From contig CAZAFW010000005.1 of the NCBI GenBank assembly GCA_964484935.1, positions 291-64,290 of the forward strand: 64,000 nucleotides of DNA, given 5' to 3'. The translations under genes and the position numbers were made by a program. The DNA comes from an uncultured Peptostreptococcaceae bacterium. GTDB lineage: Bacteria > Bacillota > Clostridia > Peptostreptococcales > BM714. The notes below the pieces were generated by a model. The model was not told the DNA's origin and made no database searches. It saw only the letters and a program-made list of their open reading frames with translations. Below, piece by piece: positions 54,481 through 63,850 of this stretch (positions within the stretch are counted from its first letter, which is position 1; each line of letters starts with the position of its first letter).

Positions 54481-55863
54481 TTAATCCATTATCTGCCTTG
54501 CGAAACTTACTCCGTTGACGCTTGCCTGCATAAGGCCGCGCGTAATCCCCGCGCCGTCGCCCAAAGCGTACAGATTGGAAATGTTGGTTTCAAAATTTTC
54601 CCCAACCTTGACTCTGTTGGAATAGAATTTTACCTCCACTCCATACAAGAGGGTCCCGTTGCTTGCTATTCCGGGAACTATGTTGTCGAGAGCCATGATC
54701 ATTTCATCTATATCTTTCATTATTCTGTAAGGAAGAACGAGCGAGAGGTCTCCCGGAACGGCATCGGCAAGGGTTGGAACTATATTGTTTCTGGCTAGCC
54801 TCTGCACGGTTGTCCTTCTGCCCCGTCTGAAATCTTCATAGCGTTGAACTATTACCTTGTTGCCCGAAAGCATGTTCCCAAGCTTTGCTATGTGTTTGCC
54901 ATAAGCTATGGGGGCATTAAACGGCTCTGTGAAATGCTTTGTGACAAGCAGCGCAAAATTCGTGTTCTTGGTCTTTTTCTCCTCGGATTTGTAGCTGTGG
55001 CCGTTGACCACTGCAAGATTGTCTTCGTAGTATTCTGTGGAAACTTCCCCTCCCGGGTTGTTGCAGAATGTCCTCACCTTGTCGTCAAAAGTTGGAGTGT
55101 AGTAGACAAGCTTGCTTTCGTACATGTTCTCGTCAAGCTCCCTGGTTATCTCGCGGCGCGTTTCAACCCTAACTCCAATATCGACATCCCCGACCTCGGT
55201 GTCTATTTCAAACTTACTGCAGATTGCCTTGAACCATTCAGAGCCTTCCCTTCCTACAGAAACTACAACCTTGTCTGCGTAGTGCTCCTTGTCCGCAACC
55301 ACCCCGCGGATGGTCCCGTTCTCTATCAAAAGGTCCTTGACGGGATTCCTGAATGAAAGCTCCACCCCGATTTCCTGCAGATGCTTCTGAAGCTCTGCGT
55401 AAATGGTGTTTCCCACTTCTGTGCCCATGTGCCTTATGGGGCATTCGATCAAGTTGAGGTTGCTTTCTATGGCCTTCTTGCGTATGGATTTTATCCCTTC
55501 GCTTTCTTCCATTCCGTATACTTTCTTGTCGGCTCCGAATTTGATGTAGAGCCCGTCGACATATTCGATGAGCTTTTTGGTCTCTTCCCTTCCTATGTAG
55601 CTTGGAAGATTCCCCCCCACCTCTTCAGACAAGGACAGTTTGCCGTCCGACCACGCTCCTGCGCCGGCAAACCCCGTCGTTATGTTGCAGGGATTGCATC
55701 CCACACACTTTCCTGTCGTTCTTTTGGGGCATGTGCGCTTTCCTATAGGATTCCCTTTTTCAAGCATCAGTATTTTGCAGGAATCATCCAGCTTTTTCAG
55801 TTCAAGCGCCGCGAAAATGCCAGACGGTCCGGCTCCGACTATAATATAATCCCATTTTTTCAT
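54481..55863 (-). CDS. FAD-dependent oxidoreductase (COG2509-like, uncharacterised dehydrogenase)
   Basis: Dinucleotide-binding YIIVGAGPSGIFAALEL, a C-terminal GDGAGITRG motif, and a length of 460 aa. Confidence 0.7.
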   Translation of the reverse strand: MKKWDYIIVGAGPSGIFAALELKKLDDSCKILMLEKGNPIGKRTCPKRTTGKCVGCNPCNITTGFAGAGAWSDGKLSLSEEVGGNLPSYIGREETKKLIEYVDGLYIKFGADKKVYGMEESEGIKSIRKKAIESNLNLIECPIRHMGTEVGNTIYAELQKHLQEIGVELSFRNPVKDLLIENGTIRGVVADKEHYADKVVVSVGREGSEWFKAICSKFEIDTEVGDVDIGVRVETRREITRELDENMYESKLVYYTPTFDDKVRTFCNNPGGEVSTEYYEDNLAVVNGHSYKSEEKKTKNTNFALLVTKHFTEPFNAPIAYGKHIAKLGNMLSGNKVIVQRYEDFRRGRRTTVQRLARNNIVPTLADAVPGDLSLVLPYRIMKDIDEMIMALDNIVPGIASNGTLLYGVEVKFYSNRVKVGENFETNISNLYALGDGAGITRGLMQASVNGVSFARQIMD

Positions 55864-56036
55864 GATCCTTACCCCTCACCCTCTATTTTTGCTTACACCT
55901 TATCATACCAAAATCAACGGTTAAAATAAACATTCCCGGCGCATCGGGACAATTTAATAAACACATAAGCGGTTTTTAACATTCCATTAATCTTTTATTG
56001 GTAAAATGTCAAAAATATCAAAGAAAGCGGTGAACT

Positions 56037-57785
56037 ATGAAGGAATTTTCAGAAATCGTAGGCATACTTGAAAATGAAAATGTAAGGACCCTTTTTCAAC
56101 CGATTGTAAATTTGACCAATGGACAAGTAATCGGTTACGAAGCGCTTAGCCGAGGGCCGAAAGGTTCCATTCTGGAAGGTCCATTGGATATGCTTAGAGT
56201 AGCTGAAAAACACAATCTGCTGTGGGAAATCGAACTCCTCTTTAGAAGAAAATCCATAGAGCGGTCCATTAAAATTGACAAAGACAAGCTTTTGTTTATA
56301 AATGTCGATCCCAACATCATAAAGGATAAAAAATTCGAAAAGGGATTCACTAAGGATTTTTTGGCCGAATATGGAATCTCGCCCAAAACGGTAATATTCG
56401 AAATCACCGAACGGACTGCCATCGCAGACTACATGAATTTTCGGGCAGTCCTTGACAATTACAAGGAACAGGGTTATAAAATAGCCATCGACGATGTGGG
56501 TTCGGGCTATTCCGGTATGAAAACCATAACAGAAACCCAACCCAATTATATCAAGATCGACATGGACTTGATACGAAACATCGACAGCGACAGCCTGAAA
56601 AGAGCCATTATGCAATCCTTTGTAAAACTCGGCGAATCGACCGGAATCCGCCTCATCGCGGAAGGCATAGAAACAAAACAGGAGCTTAAAACTCTCATTC
56701 AAATGGGTGTTTACGCCGGCCAGGGCTATCTTTTGCAGCGTCCTGCCGGCACTTTTCTCGATATTCCCGACACAATCCGAAATCTTATACGCAAATACTA
56801 CATGCACAGGGAAAACCATTCCTTGACCAGCAGCACCAAAACCGATGTTGGACACCTTTCCCACAAAAGTCTCAGTTTTCCATCAGATACTCCTGTTTCA
56901 GAAATATGCGACTATTTCAAGTCAAGCGAAAGCGAAGGCGTATGCATAACCCACGGTGAAAAACCTATAGGCTTGTTGATGAGACACAGTCTCAACGAAA
57001 AATTAGCCACGCAGTACGGTGTGGCCCTATATTCAAACCGTCCCGTCCATTTGATTATGGACGCCCGACCTCTGATAGTAGACTACCACGATTCAGTCAC
57101 AATGGTTTCAGAAATTGCAATGGAGCGTACAAACGGCAAGTTGTACAATCTCATAATCGTGACCCGGGGACTTTCCTATCATGGTCTCATATCGATAAGA
57201 GACCTCCTTAATTACACCACTGTGATAGAAAAGAATTACGCACGCGAACTCAATCCCTTGACCTTCCTTCCCGGAAATGCAATCATAAACAGAGTCCTTA
57301 AAAACGGAATCGACTTTAAAAGGAAATGTGCAATCCTTTATCTTGATCTCGACAATTTCAAGGCCTACAATGACAACTACGGATTCGAAAATGGAGACAA
57401 AATACTGAAAATGACAGCCGACCTCATAAAGAACAAGCTTATTGAGCATTTCTCCGATGAGCAGTTCCTGGGGCATATAGGAGGAGACGATTTTGTCTGT
57501 GTCGTTGACGGACCTGCCGGCAAGATAAAAGCCTTTTGCAGCTCCTTGACAAAAGCCTTCGATTTGGAAGCAATCAATTATTTCAATGAAAAGGACACCA
57601 TGCAGGGATTTTTTGAAAACGCTTGCTCTCAAAACAATAGATTGCCCCTTACAGCATTATCAATAGCGGGCTTCTACGGAGACTTGTCCCGCTTCTCTTC
57701 TGCCGAAGATTTGGGCCATCACATGGGTCTTCTCAAGAAGGAAGTCAAAAATATCGCCGGCAGCTGCAGCAAGCTGGATTTTTAG
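56037..57785 (+). CDS. EAL phosphodiesterase - CBS pair - GGDEF-like (GGDDF) multidomain c-di-GMP protein
   Basis: EAL motifs: GYEALSRGP, EITERTAI, IAIDDVGSGYSG, IKIDMDL, AEGIETKQE, GQGYLLQRP. A central CBS-like pair follows. The C-terminal cyclase fold contains LDLDNFKAYNDNYGFENGDKIL and HIGGDDFVCVV. Confidence 0.85.
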   Translation: MKEFSEIVGILENENVRTLFQPIVNLTNGQVIGYEALSRGPKGSILEGPLDMLRVAEKHNLLWEIELLFRRKSIERSIKIDKDKLLFINVDPNIIKDKKFEKGFTKDFLAEYGISPKTVIFEITERTAIADYMNFRAVLDNYKEQGYKIAIDDVGSGYSGMKTITETQPNYIKIDMDLIRNIDSDSLKRAIMQSFVKLGESTGIRLIAEGIETKQELKTLIQMGVYAGQGYLLQRPAGTFLDIPDTIRNLIRKYYMHRENHSLTSSTKTDVGHLSHKSLSFPSDTPVSEICDYFKSSESEGVCITHGEKPIGLLMRHSLNEKLATQYGVALYSNRPVHLIMDARPLIVDYHDSVTMVSEIAMERTNGKLYNLIIVTRGLSYHGLISIRDLLNYTTVIEKNYARELNPLTFLPGNAIINRVLKNGIDFKRKCAILYLDLDNFKAYNDNYGFENGDKILKMTADLIKNKLIEHFSDEQFLGHIGGDDFVCVVDGPAGKIKAFCSSLTKAFDLEAINYFNEKDTMQGFFENACSQNNRLPLTALSIAGFYGDLSRFSSAEDLGHHMGLLKKEVKNIAGSCSKLDF

Positions 57786-57893
57786 ATAAAATTAAAATGC
57801 TCCCGCGCGAACGCGGAAACATGTGTATTGTAAAACCGCTAAATGCGGTTGCTGTCTATGATAAAACATAAAAAAACGCCGCTTATGCATTCA

Positions 57894-58469
57894 TCATGCA
57901 GTCTGCAGCATCTTTATTCCCCATGAAAGCTTTTGCACCTCAAGAGAAGCTTCCATCCAGTTGCCCACTCTGCGGACACCCGCTAAATCTCCTTGATTGT
58001 AAGGGCAATCCATTAGAACAACCTCAAAACCTTCGGAAGCGAGCTCTATCGCGTTCTCTTTCCTGTCCTCGAAAAAAATATCGCATGAAAGCTCCCTTGC
58101 CTTTTCCACCTTGTGATGGCTCCCCAGGCAATGAATTCCGCCTTTTGGGAATCCATTCGACTCGAGCCATTTCCTGGAAACTCCAAGCATTTCCGGCGCT
58201 CTCGCTGTAACATAGTGTATTTCGTCAAATTCTGAAATGCTATTTAGCACTTGCGCCGCACCGGTTCTCGGCTTGGCTTCTAAATGTATGCGCTCACCGA
58301 AAAGCTTGTAGAAATCAAGATACGCCTGGCGGGAAACCCCATAATTAAAATCAACCTCGTAGTGTCTTATGTCCTCAGGCATTAGATATATTCCAAAATA
58401 GTGGTTGGCCCGTTCGAGATAATAGAACGGTTCTGTTATTGTTCCGTCGATGTCTATGCAAACAACCAT
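57894..58469 (-). CDS. HAD-superfamily 5'(3')-deoxyribonucleotidase-like hydrolase
   Basis: HAD motif I CIDIDGTIT. Start moved to MVVCIDIDG (ATG 58467-58469) with SD GGAGGG upstream. Confidence 0.6.
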   Translation of the reverse strand: MVVCIDIDGTITEPFYYLERANHYFGIYLMPEDIRHYEVDFNYGVSRQAYLDFYKLFGERIHLEAKPRTGAAQVLNSISEFDEIHYVTARAPEMLGVSRKWLESNGFPKGGIHCLGSHHKVEKARELSCDIFFEDRKENAIELASEGFEVVLMDCPYNQGDLAGVRRVGNWMEASLEVQKLSWGIKMLQTA

Positions 58470-58594
58470 GCAAAATCCCTCCTTTCCTCTTTGCAAACAT
58501 AATACCCTTTTTGTATGAATACAATGTTAACATGCGCTTAAGCCCGTGTTAATTCACCTTTTGTTTACGGTCCGGATTCACCAAATCATGCCTT

Positions 58595-58622
58595 GCAAAA
58601 CGAAAATCCCGGCGGGATTTTC
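58595..58622 (-). terminator. Rho-independent terminator
   Basis: GAAAATCCC (58602-58610) pairs with GGGATTTTC (58614-58622). On the minus strand it is followed by GTTTTG, 42 nt after the stop at 58664. Confidence 0.65.
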
Positions 58623-58663
58623 GCCAGGACAATAAAAACTTTGTATTCTGTTTTTTGCTGGAT

Positions 58664-59629
58664 TCATGAAACCTTTTCTTTTGTTCCGAGTTTTTTGTTC
58701 AATTTCTCAAGCATGTCCACAGTCATGGAATCGAGATCATACTTGGGACTCCATCCCCATTCGTTTCTAGCGGCGGAGTCATCCAATCTGTCGGGCCATG
58801 AATCTGCAATTTTTTGAAGTTCGGGCCTTAGGTCGTATGTCATCTTGAAATGCGGAATATATTTCCTGATTGCCATGTAAATTTCTTCGGGTTCAAAGCT
58901 CATTGACGCAACATTGAAAGCATTCCTGTGCTTTAGCTTTGAAGAATCGGCATCCATGAGGCCGACAATGGCACTGAGCGCATCGGGCATATACATCATG
59001 TCCATATATGTGCCTTTCTTTATCGGGCATGCGAACTTTCCGGCCTTGAGAGCTTCGTAGTAAATATGCACCGCATAGTCTGTCGTGCCTCCTCCGGGCA
59101 TTGTTTCGTTTGAGATAAGTCCGGGGAACCTGACTCCCCGTGTGTCCACTCCGTATTTCATGTTGTAATAGTCGCTGAGTATTTCCCCGGCCACTTTCGT
59201 AACGCCATACATTGTAGTGGGCCTCTGAAGCGTGTCCTGCGGAGTATCCAGCTTGGGTGTGTCGGGTCCGAAAGCCGCTATTGAGCTTGGAGTGAAAACA
59301 GAGACTCCCGTATCCCTTGCAACTTCCAAAACATTAAAAAGTCCTCCCATGTTGACGTTCCAGGCAAGTGTTGGATTCTTTTCGCCCGTCGCCGACAGAA
59401 TAGCGGCCAAATGGACAACCCAGTCTATCTTGTGTTTTTCAATAAGGCTTTTCATCCTCGCGCCGTCAGAAACATCAAGAATTTCAAACGGGCCTTCATT
59501 GGCTACAGGAATGTCCTTTTTTACTATATCGCTTACAACCACCTTGTCCGTTCCATGTATTTTCCTTAGTCCGGCGGCCAATTCCGAACCGATCTGGCCA
59601 AGTGATCCGGTAATAAGTATTTTACTCAC
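58664..59629 (-). CDS. NAD-dependent epimerase/dehydratase family protein (SDR-type L-threonine 3-dehydrogenase-like)
   Basis: ILITGSLGQIGSEL Rossmann motif and the YGVTK (YxxxK) catalytic motif. Overall it resembles extended-SDR Tdh enzymes. GTG start with GGTGGAGG SD. Confidence 0.6.
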   Translation of the reverse strand: MSKILITGSLGQIGSELAAGLRKIHGTDKVVVSDIVKKDIPVANEGPFEILDVSDGARMKSLIEKHKIDWVVHLAAILSATGEKNPTLAWNVNMGGLFNVLEVARDTGVSVFTPSSIAAFGPDTPKLDTPQDTLQRPTTMYGVTKVAGEILSDYYNMKYGVDTRGVRFPGLISNETMPGGGTTDYAVHIYYEALKAGKFACPIKKGTYMDMMYMPDALSAIVGLMDADSSKLKHRNAFNVASMSFEPEEIYMAIRKYIPHFKMTYDLRPELQKIADSWPDRLDDSAARNEWGWSPKYDLDSMTVDMLEKLNKKLGTKEKVS

Positions 59630-59665
59630 AAAAGCACCTCCACCATTTTTTATATCTTCACTTGA

Positions 59666-59694
59666 ATTATATTCCTATGGGGATGATTTTTCAA
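59666..59694 (-). promoter_or_regulatory. Putative sigma-A promoter of the SDR gene
   Basis: Minus strand: TTGAAA (59689-59694), a 17-nt spacer, then TATAAT (59666-59671), about 35 nt upstream of the GTG start. Confidence 0.55.
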
Positions 59695-59875
59695 TAGATT
59701 TGTACTCGTATGGTGAACAATTTTTCCATAAGTGTACTCGAACGTTTTTAGGCCCCAATCCGTTCAAATCCCTTGAAGCTTGCAATGAAAGAGTTTTAGA
59801 TGTCATAAATTATTTGTTAATCATTTCAATTTTTTCTGAAAATTCTTTTAACTTAGAACATTTGTTTTTTCCTCG

Positions 59876-59912
59876 CAAACAAAACAAGAAGCCCATAAAA
59901 GGCTCCTTGTTT
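59876..59912 (-). terminator. Rho-independent terminator after the HesB-like gene
   Basis: AACAAGAAGCC (59883-59893) pairs with GGCTCCTTGTT (59901-59911) with one mismatch. TTTTGTTTG follows on the minus strand. Confidence 0.7.
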
Positions 59913-59925
59913 TATAAACTATTTG

Positions 59926-60240
59926 TTAACCGCAAGAGCTGCAATTGTCGCAGCCTCCGCCTGGAGCCTCGTTTACAGGTCGGACTCCATATCCGTTTCC
60001 TAATTTTTCAACCATCAATTCTCCGAATTCGTCAATGATGTAATCCTCTATCACGAATTTCAATCCAGAAGAATCATCGGTCAAATCGTTTTCTTTTTGC
60101 TCGTCCAGAGCAATACCGAATGACGGGCCGCTTCAGCCAACCCCCGCTATGTGGATTCTCAAAGTTTCGATTTCCGGCTTGTTTTCCTCAAGAAAGGCTT
60201 TTATTGAACCAACAGTAGTTTCGTCTATATGAACCTTCAA
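59926..60240 (-). CDS. HesB/IscA-like selenoprotein (104 aa) with in-frame UGA (Sec36) at 60133-60135
   Basis: Not in the ORF track because the UGA splits it. GGAGG lies 7 nt before the TTG start. My translation is (M)KVHIDETTVGSIKAFLEENKPEIETLRIHIAGVG-U-SGPSFGIALDEQKENDL...GGGCDNCSSCG*. The U aligns with the Cys of the IscA GCSG motif. The frame stays open for 68 codons after the UGA. Confidence 0.7.
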
Positions 60241-60322
60241 AAGTATACCTCCTTTATTGTTGATTGTCTTCAATTATGATTTGCTTATTATTATAATACC
60301 CAAAGTATGCGGATGCAAGCAA

Positions 60323-61132
60323 TTAGACTATTTCCATTATACCCGCCATGCGGCCGGTCTTGCCCTTGTCCCTCCTGTGGGAATAAAACAAATCATCCCT
60401 GCAAAATGTGCATAATCCAGAAACTCCAATATTCTCTGCCTTTACTCCGGCTTTCGCAAGCTGCATTCTATTGGCTTCCCAAAGGTCTACCTTCCACCTA
60501 CCCGGCTTTTCCGTCCCTAACAGAACCGATTCTCCGCAAAGCTCCGAAAACAGTTCAGCGACTTCCTCCTGAACCTCAAAACAGCACGGGCCTATGGAAG
60601 GGCCCACGACAGCGTGGCAGTCCGAGGCCTTACTGCCAAAGGCTTCTCCCATCGCCTCAATCGTTTTGCAACCTATCTCCTTCACCGTCCCCTTCCATCC
60701 GGCATGGGCTATCCCCACTGCCTTTTGGACCGGATCCGCAACAAACACTCCTGCGCAATCCGCGAAAAACGCCACAATGGGCCTGCCGGGCATTCTCGTT
60801 ATTATCGCGTCCTTTTCGAGCGCCCTTTCCCCAAGCCAAAACCTTTCTCCTCTGAATTCTTCGTCTATCAACGCTATTTCAACGCCATGCACCTGATTTG
60901 TGAAAACGGCATCATCCAATTCATATCCCATGTGCTCTGCCGCTTTTTCATGGTTCATAAGGACCGCTTCCCGGCTGTCTTCAGTAAAGAGACCCATGTT
61001 CATGCCTTTAAAGGGACCCTTGCTGAATCCTCCAGCCCTTGTCGTCACGCAATGATTTAAAAAACCGAGTTTTTCGAGATTGGGAAAACGCAGATAGGCT
61101 TCCTTGCCTTTTTTTTCTATTCGAACAGACAT
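60323..61132 (-). CDS. pgeF: Polyphenol oxidase-like / peptidoglycan editing factor PgeF (YfiH, DUF152)
   Basis: HCVTTRAGGFS, TNQVHG, IAHAGWKG and the C-terminal GLCTFC...FYSHRRD motifs. Confidence 0.85.
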   Translation of the reverse strand: MSVRIEKKGKEAYLRFPNLEKLGFLNHCVTTRAGGFSKGPFKGMNMGLFTEDSREAVLMNHEKAAEHMGYELDDAVFTNQVHGVEIALIDEEFRGERFWLGERALEKDAIITRMPGRPIVAFFADCAGVFVADPVQKAVGIAHAGWKGTVKEIGCKTIEAMGEAFGSKASDCHAVVGPSIGPCCFEVQEEVAELFSELCGESVLLGTEKPGRWKVDLWEANRMQLAKAGVKAENIGVSGLCTFCRDDLFYSHRRDKGKTGRMAGIMEIV

Positions 61133-61192
61133 TGTTCCACCGCCATTTGTATATTTTAAACCATCATATCATATAAGATTAAATTGATGTCT

Positions 61193-63823
61193 TCAGTTCT
61201 TCTGTCGATCAAATTCTGCCGTGCCTTTCATGAAAAGTCCGTCCCGACCCTTGTCTATCAAGGCCGTCTGTCCGCTCTCAAGCCGGTTTTCTATGATCAT
61301 GCCTGCTACTAGGGTTTCCAGATGCCTTTGCAAAAATCTTCTCATGGGTCTAGCACCGAATTGCGGGCTGTAGCCCTCGTTGATTATATGATTCTTGGCC
61401 TCATCGGTAAGCCTCACCCCGATTTTTTTCTCGCCGAGCCGTTTTCTCAAATCACCAAGCATGAGTTCGAGGATGTCCTTGAGCTCATCCTTGAGTAGAG
61501 GCTTGAACATTACTATTTCATCGACCCTGTTGAGAAACTCAGGCTTGAATGTGCTGTGCAAAAGAGACATAACCCTTTTTCTTGCAGATTCGTCGATTGC
61601 GCCGTCCTCCCCTATGCCCCCAAGAAGCTCTTGCGAGCCTGTATTCGATGTCATTATTATTACGGAATTCTTGAAATCCACCGTTTTCCCCTTGGAATCG
61701 GTCACGCGGCCGTCATCGAGTATCTGAAGCAGCAGATTGAAAACATCGCTGTGGGCTTTTTCTATCTCATCAAAAAGAATCACCGAATAGGGTTTTCTCC
61801 TTACAGCCTCGGTCAATTGGCCGCCTTCCTCATAACCGACATATCCCGGAGGCGCGCCTATTAGCCTTGAGACAGAATGCCGCTCCATGTACTCGCTCAT
61901 GTCAATCCTTATCATGTTCTTTTCTGTGTCGAAAAGTGTTTCTGTGAGTGTCTTTGCCAATTCAGTTTTTCCGACTCCTGTGGGGCCGAGAAATATGAAG
62001 GAGCCTATAGGCCTGCCGGGATCTTTTATTCCCGCCCTGGACCTGATGACCGCATCTGATACCCTTTCCACCGCCTCGTTCTGACCTATCACCCTTTCGT
62101 GAAGAATACCCCTCAGATTCATAAGCTTTCCCCTTTCCCCCTCGACTATTCTAGACACGGGGATTCCAGTCCATCTGGAAACAATCCGGGAAATCTCATC
62201 TTCGGTAACAGCCTCTCTCAAATAGGCTTCCGACTCCTGTCTGTCCATAAGCGATTTTTCGCTTTCCTGTATTTTCTTCTGCAATTCAGGAAGTTTGCCG
62301 TATCTGAGCTTTGCCACTTTTTCCAAATCATAAACACGCTCGGCCTTTTCTATTTCGAGGTTCAAGGCTTCCAGCTCCTCCTTGAGCGAATTAAGCCGCC
62401 TTATTCCCTCTTTCTCATTCTCCCATTTGGCTTTCATGGAAGACAGGCTTTCTCTTTTTTCCGACAATTCCCTTTGTATTGTCTCCATCCGTCTTGCGCT
62501 TTCGGGGTCTTTCTCGCGTTTCAGTGCGGCCTCCTCGATTTCCAGCCTCATTATGTCGCGCGATACCTGATCGAGTTCGGAGGGCATGGAATCGATTTCA
62601 GTCCTTATCATCGCGCACGCTTCATCCACAAGGTCTATCGCCTTGTCAGGAAGAAACCTATCTGTTATATACCTGTCCGAAAGCTTTGCCGCCGCAAGCA
62701 AGGCTGAATCGTTTATCCTTACCCCGTGAAAGAGCTCATAGCGTTCCTTGAGCCCCCTCAGTATGGAGACCGTATCCTCCACATCGGGTTCGTCCACCGC
62801 AACAGGCTGAAAGCGCCTTTCAAGGGCCGCATCCTTCTCTATGTGCTTCCTGTACTCGTCCAAAGTGGTCGCCCCTATGCAGTGAAGCTCACCCCTGGCA
62901 AGCATGGGCTTTAAAATGTTTCCTGCATCCATGGCGCCCTCTGTCTTGCCTGCCCCGACTATGAGATGAAGCTCGTCTATGAACAAGAGTATTTTGCCTT
63001 CGCTTTTTTTTATTTCATTCAATACCGCCTTAAGCCTTTCCTCGAATTCCCCCCGGAACTTGGCTCCGGCTACGAGAGCCCCCATGTCAAGGGAAAATAT
63101 TCTCTTGTCCTCCAGCCCGGCCGGAACATCCCTTTTGACGATCCTGTGCGCAAGGCCTTCCGCAATGGCTGTTTTGCCCACCCCAGGCTCTCCTATCAGG
63201 ACCGGATTGTTCTTAGTCTTTCTTGAAAGAATCCTGATTACGTTTCTTATTTCCTCGTCCCTTCCTATGACAGGATCAAGCCTGTTCTCCATTGCGTCTG
63301 TGACAAGGTCCCGTCCGTATTTCTCCAAAGCCTCGTATGACGCTTCAGGCTGATTTGAAACGACTCTCTGGTTGCCCCTTATCAGCATTAGCTGCTTTAG
63401 CACTTCGCTTTCATTCACGCCCTGCTTTTTGAAAACACGCAAAAGCGCTTCAGGACCTTTTTTTACAATGCCCAGCAAAAGATGTTCCACCGAAACATAC
63501 TCGTCCTTCATTTTTTCCGCTTCCGCCTGTGCTCCGGAAAGCACCTTTTCCAATTCTCTTCCGACGTAGAGCCTCCCCGATTCGAATCCGCCACCGCTTT
63601 GCACCCTCGGCTTGCGCGAGAGCAGTTCCTCAATTTCATTTGTCATGGCCTTTTGATCGGCGTTCATCTTGACAAGTATCCTAGGCGCCAAACCGTCCTT
63701 TTGTGTAAAAAGAGCCATCGCCAAGTGCTCCGGATAAAGCTCGGGATGTCCGTACGACTGCCTGACTTGCTCAGAAAGCTCCAGCGCCTCTATCGATTTC
63801 TTCGTATATGCGTTTAAATTCAT
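61193..63823 (-). CDS. clpB: ATP-dependent chaperone ClpB
   Basis: Two AAA+ modules ([20 protein letters not shown]), a long middle coiled-coil and a Clp_N domain. Start taken at ATG 63821-63823 ([10 protein letters not shown]), with AAGAGGTG 6 nt upstream. Confidence 0.9.
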   Translation of the reverse strand: MNLNAYTKKSIEALELSEQVRQSYGHPELYPEHLAMALFTQKDGLAPRILVKMNADQKAMTNEIEELLSRKPRVQSGGGFESGRLYVGRELEKVLSGAQAEAEKMKDEYVSVEHLLLGIVKKGPEALLRVFKKQGVNESEVLKQLMLIRGNQRVVSNQPEASYEALEKYGRDLVTDAMENRLDPVIGRDEEIRNVIRILSRKTKNNPVLIGEPGVGKTAIAEGLAHRIVKRDVPAGLEDKRIFSLDMGALVAGAKFRGEFEERLKAVLNEIKKSEGKILLFIDELHLIVGAGKTEGAMDAGNILKPMLARGELHCIGATTLDEYRKHIEKDAALERRFQPVAVDEPDVEDTVSILRGLKERYELFHGVRINDSALLAAAKLSDRYITDRFLPDKAIDLVDEACAMIRTEIDSMPSELDQVSRDIMRLEIEEAALKREKDPESARRMETIQRELSEKRESLSSMKAKWENEKEGIRRLNSLKEELEALNLEIEKAERVYDLEKVAKLRYGKLPELQKKIQESEKSLMDRQESEAYLREAVTEDEISRIVSRWTGIPVSRIVEGERGKLMNLRGILHERVIGQNEAVERVSDAVIRSRAGIKDPGRPIGSFIFLGPTGVGKTELAKTLTETLFDTEKNMIRIDMSEYMERHSVSRLIGAPPGYVGYEEGGQLTEAVRRKPYSVILFDEIEKAHSDVFNLLLQILDDGRVTDSKGKTVDFKNSVIIMTSNTGSQELLGGIGEDGAIDESARKRVMSLLHSTFKPEFLNRVDEIVMFKPLLKDELKDILELMLGDLRKRLGEKKIGVRLTDEAKNHIINEGYSPQFGARPMRRFLQRHLETLVAGMIIENRLESGQTALIDKGRDGLFMKGTAEFDRQKN

Positions 63824-63850
63824 GTCAAACACCTCTTTTATCTTCTATGA

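Noticed and set aside
59926-60240. Interpreting the TGA-interrupted HesB-like frame as a pseudogene
   Set aside because: This cannot be fully excluded, since TGC/TGT to TGA is one substitution. Several points make Sec recoding the better reading. The stop sits exactly at the conserved Cys. The downstream frame is intact for 68 codons with a conserved-looking C-terminus. The SD and terminator are intact. A Sec-containing HesB-like family is known.
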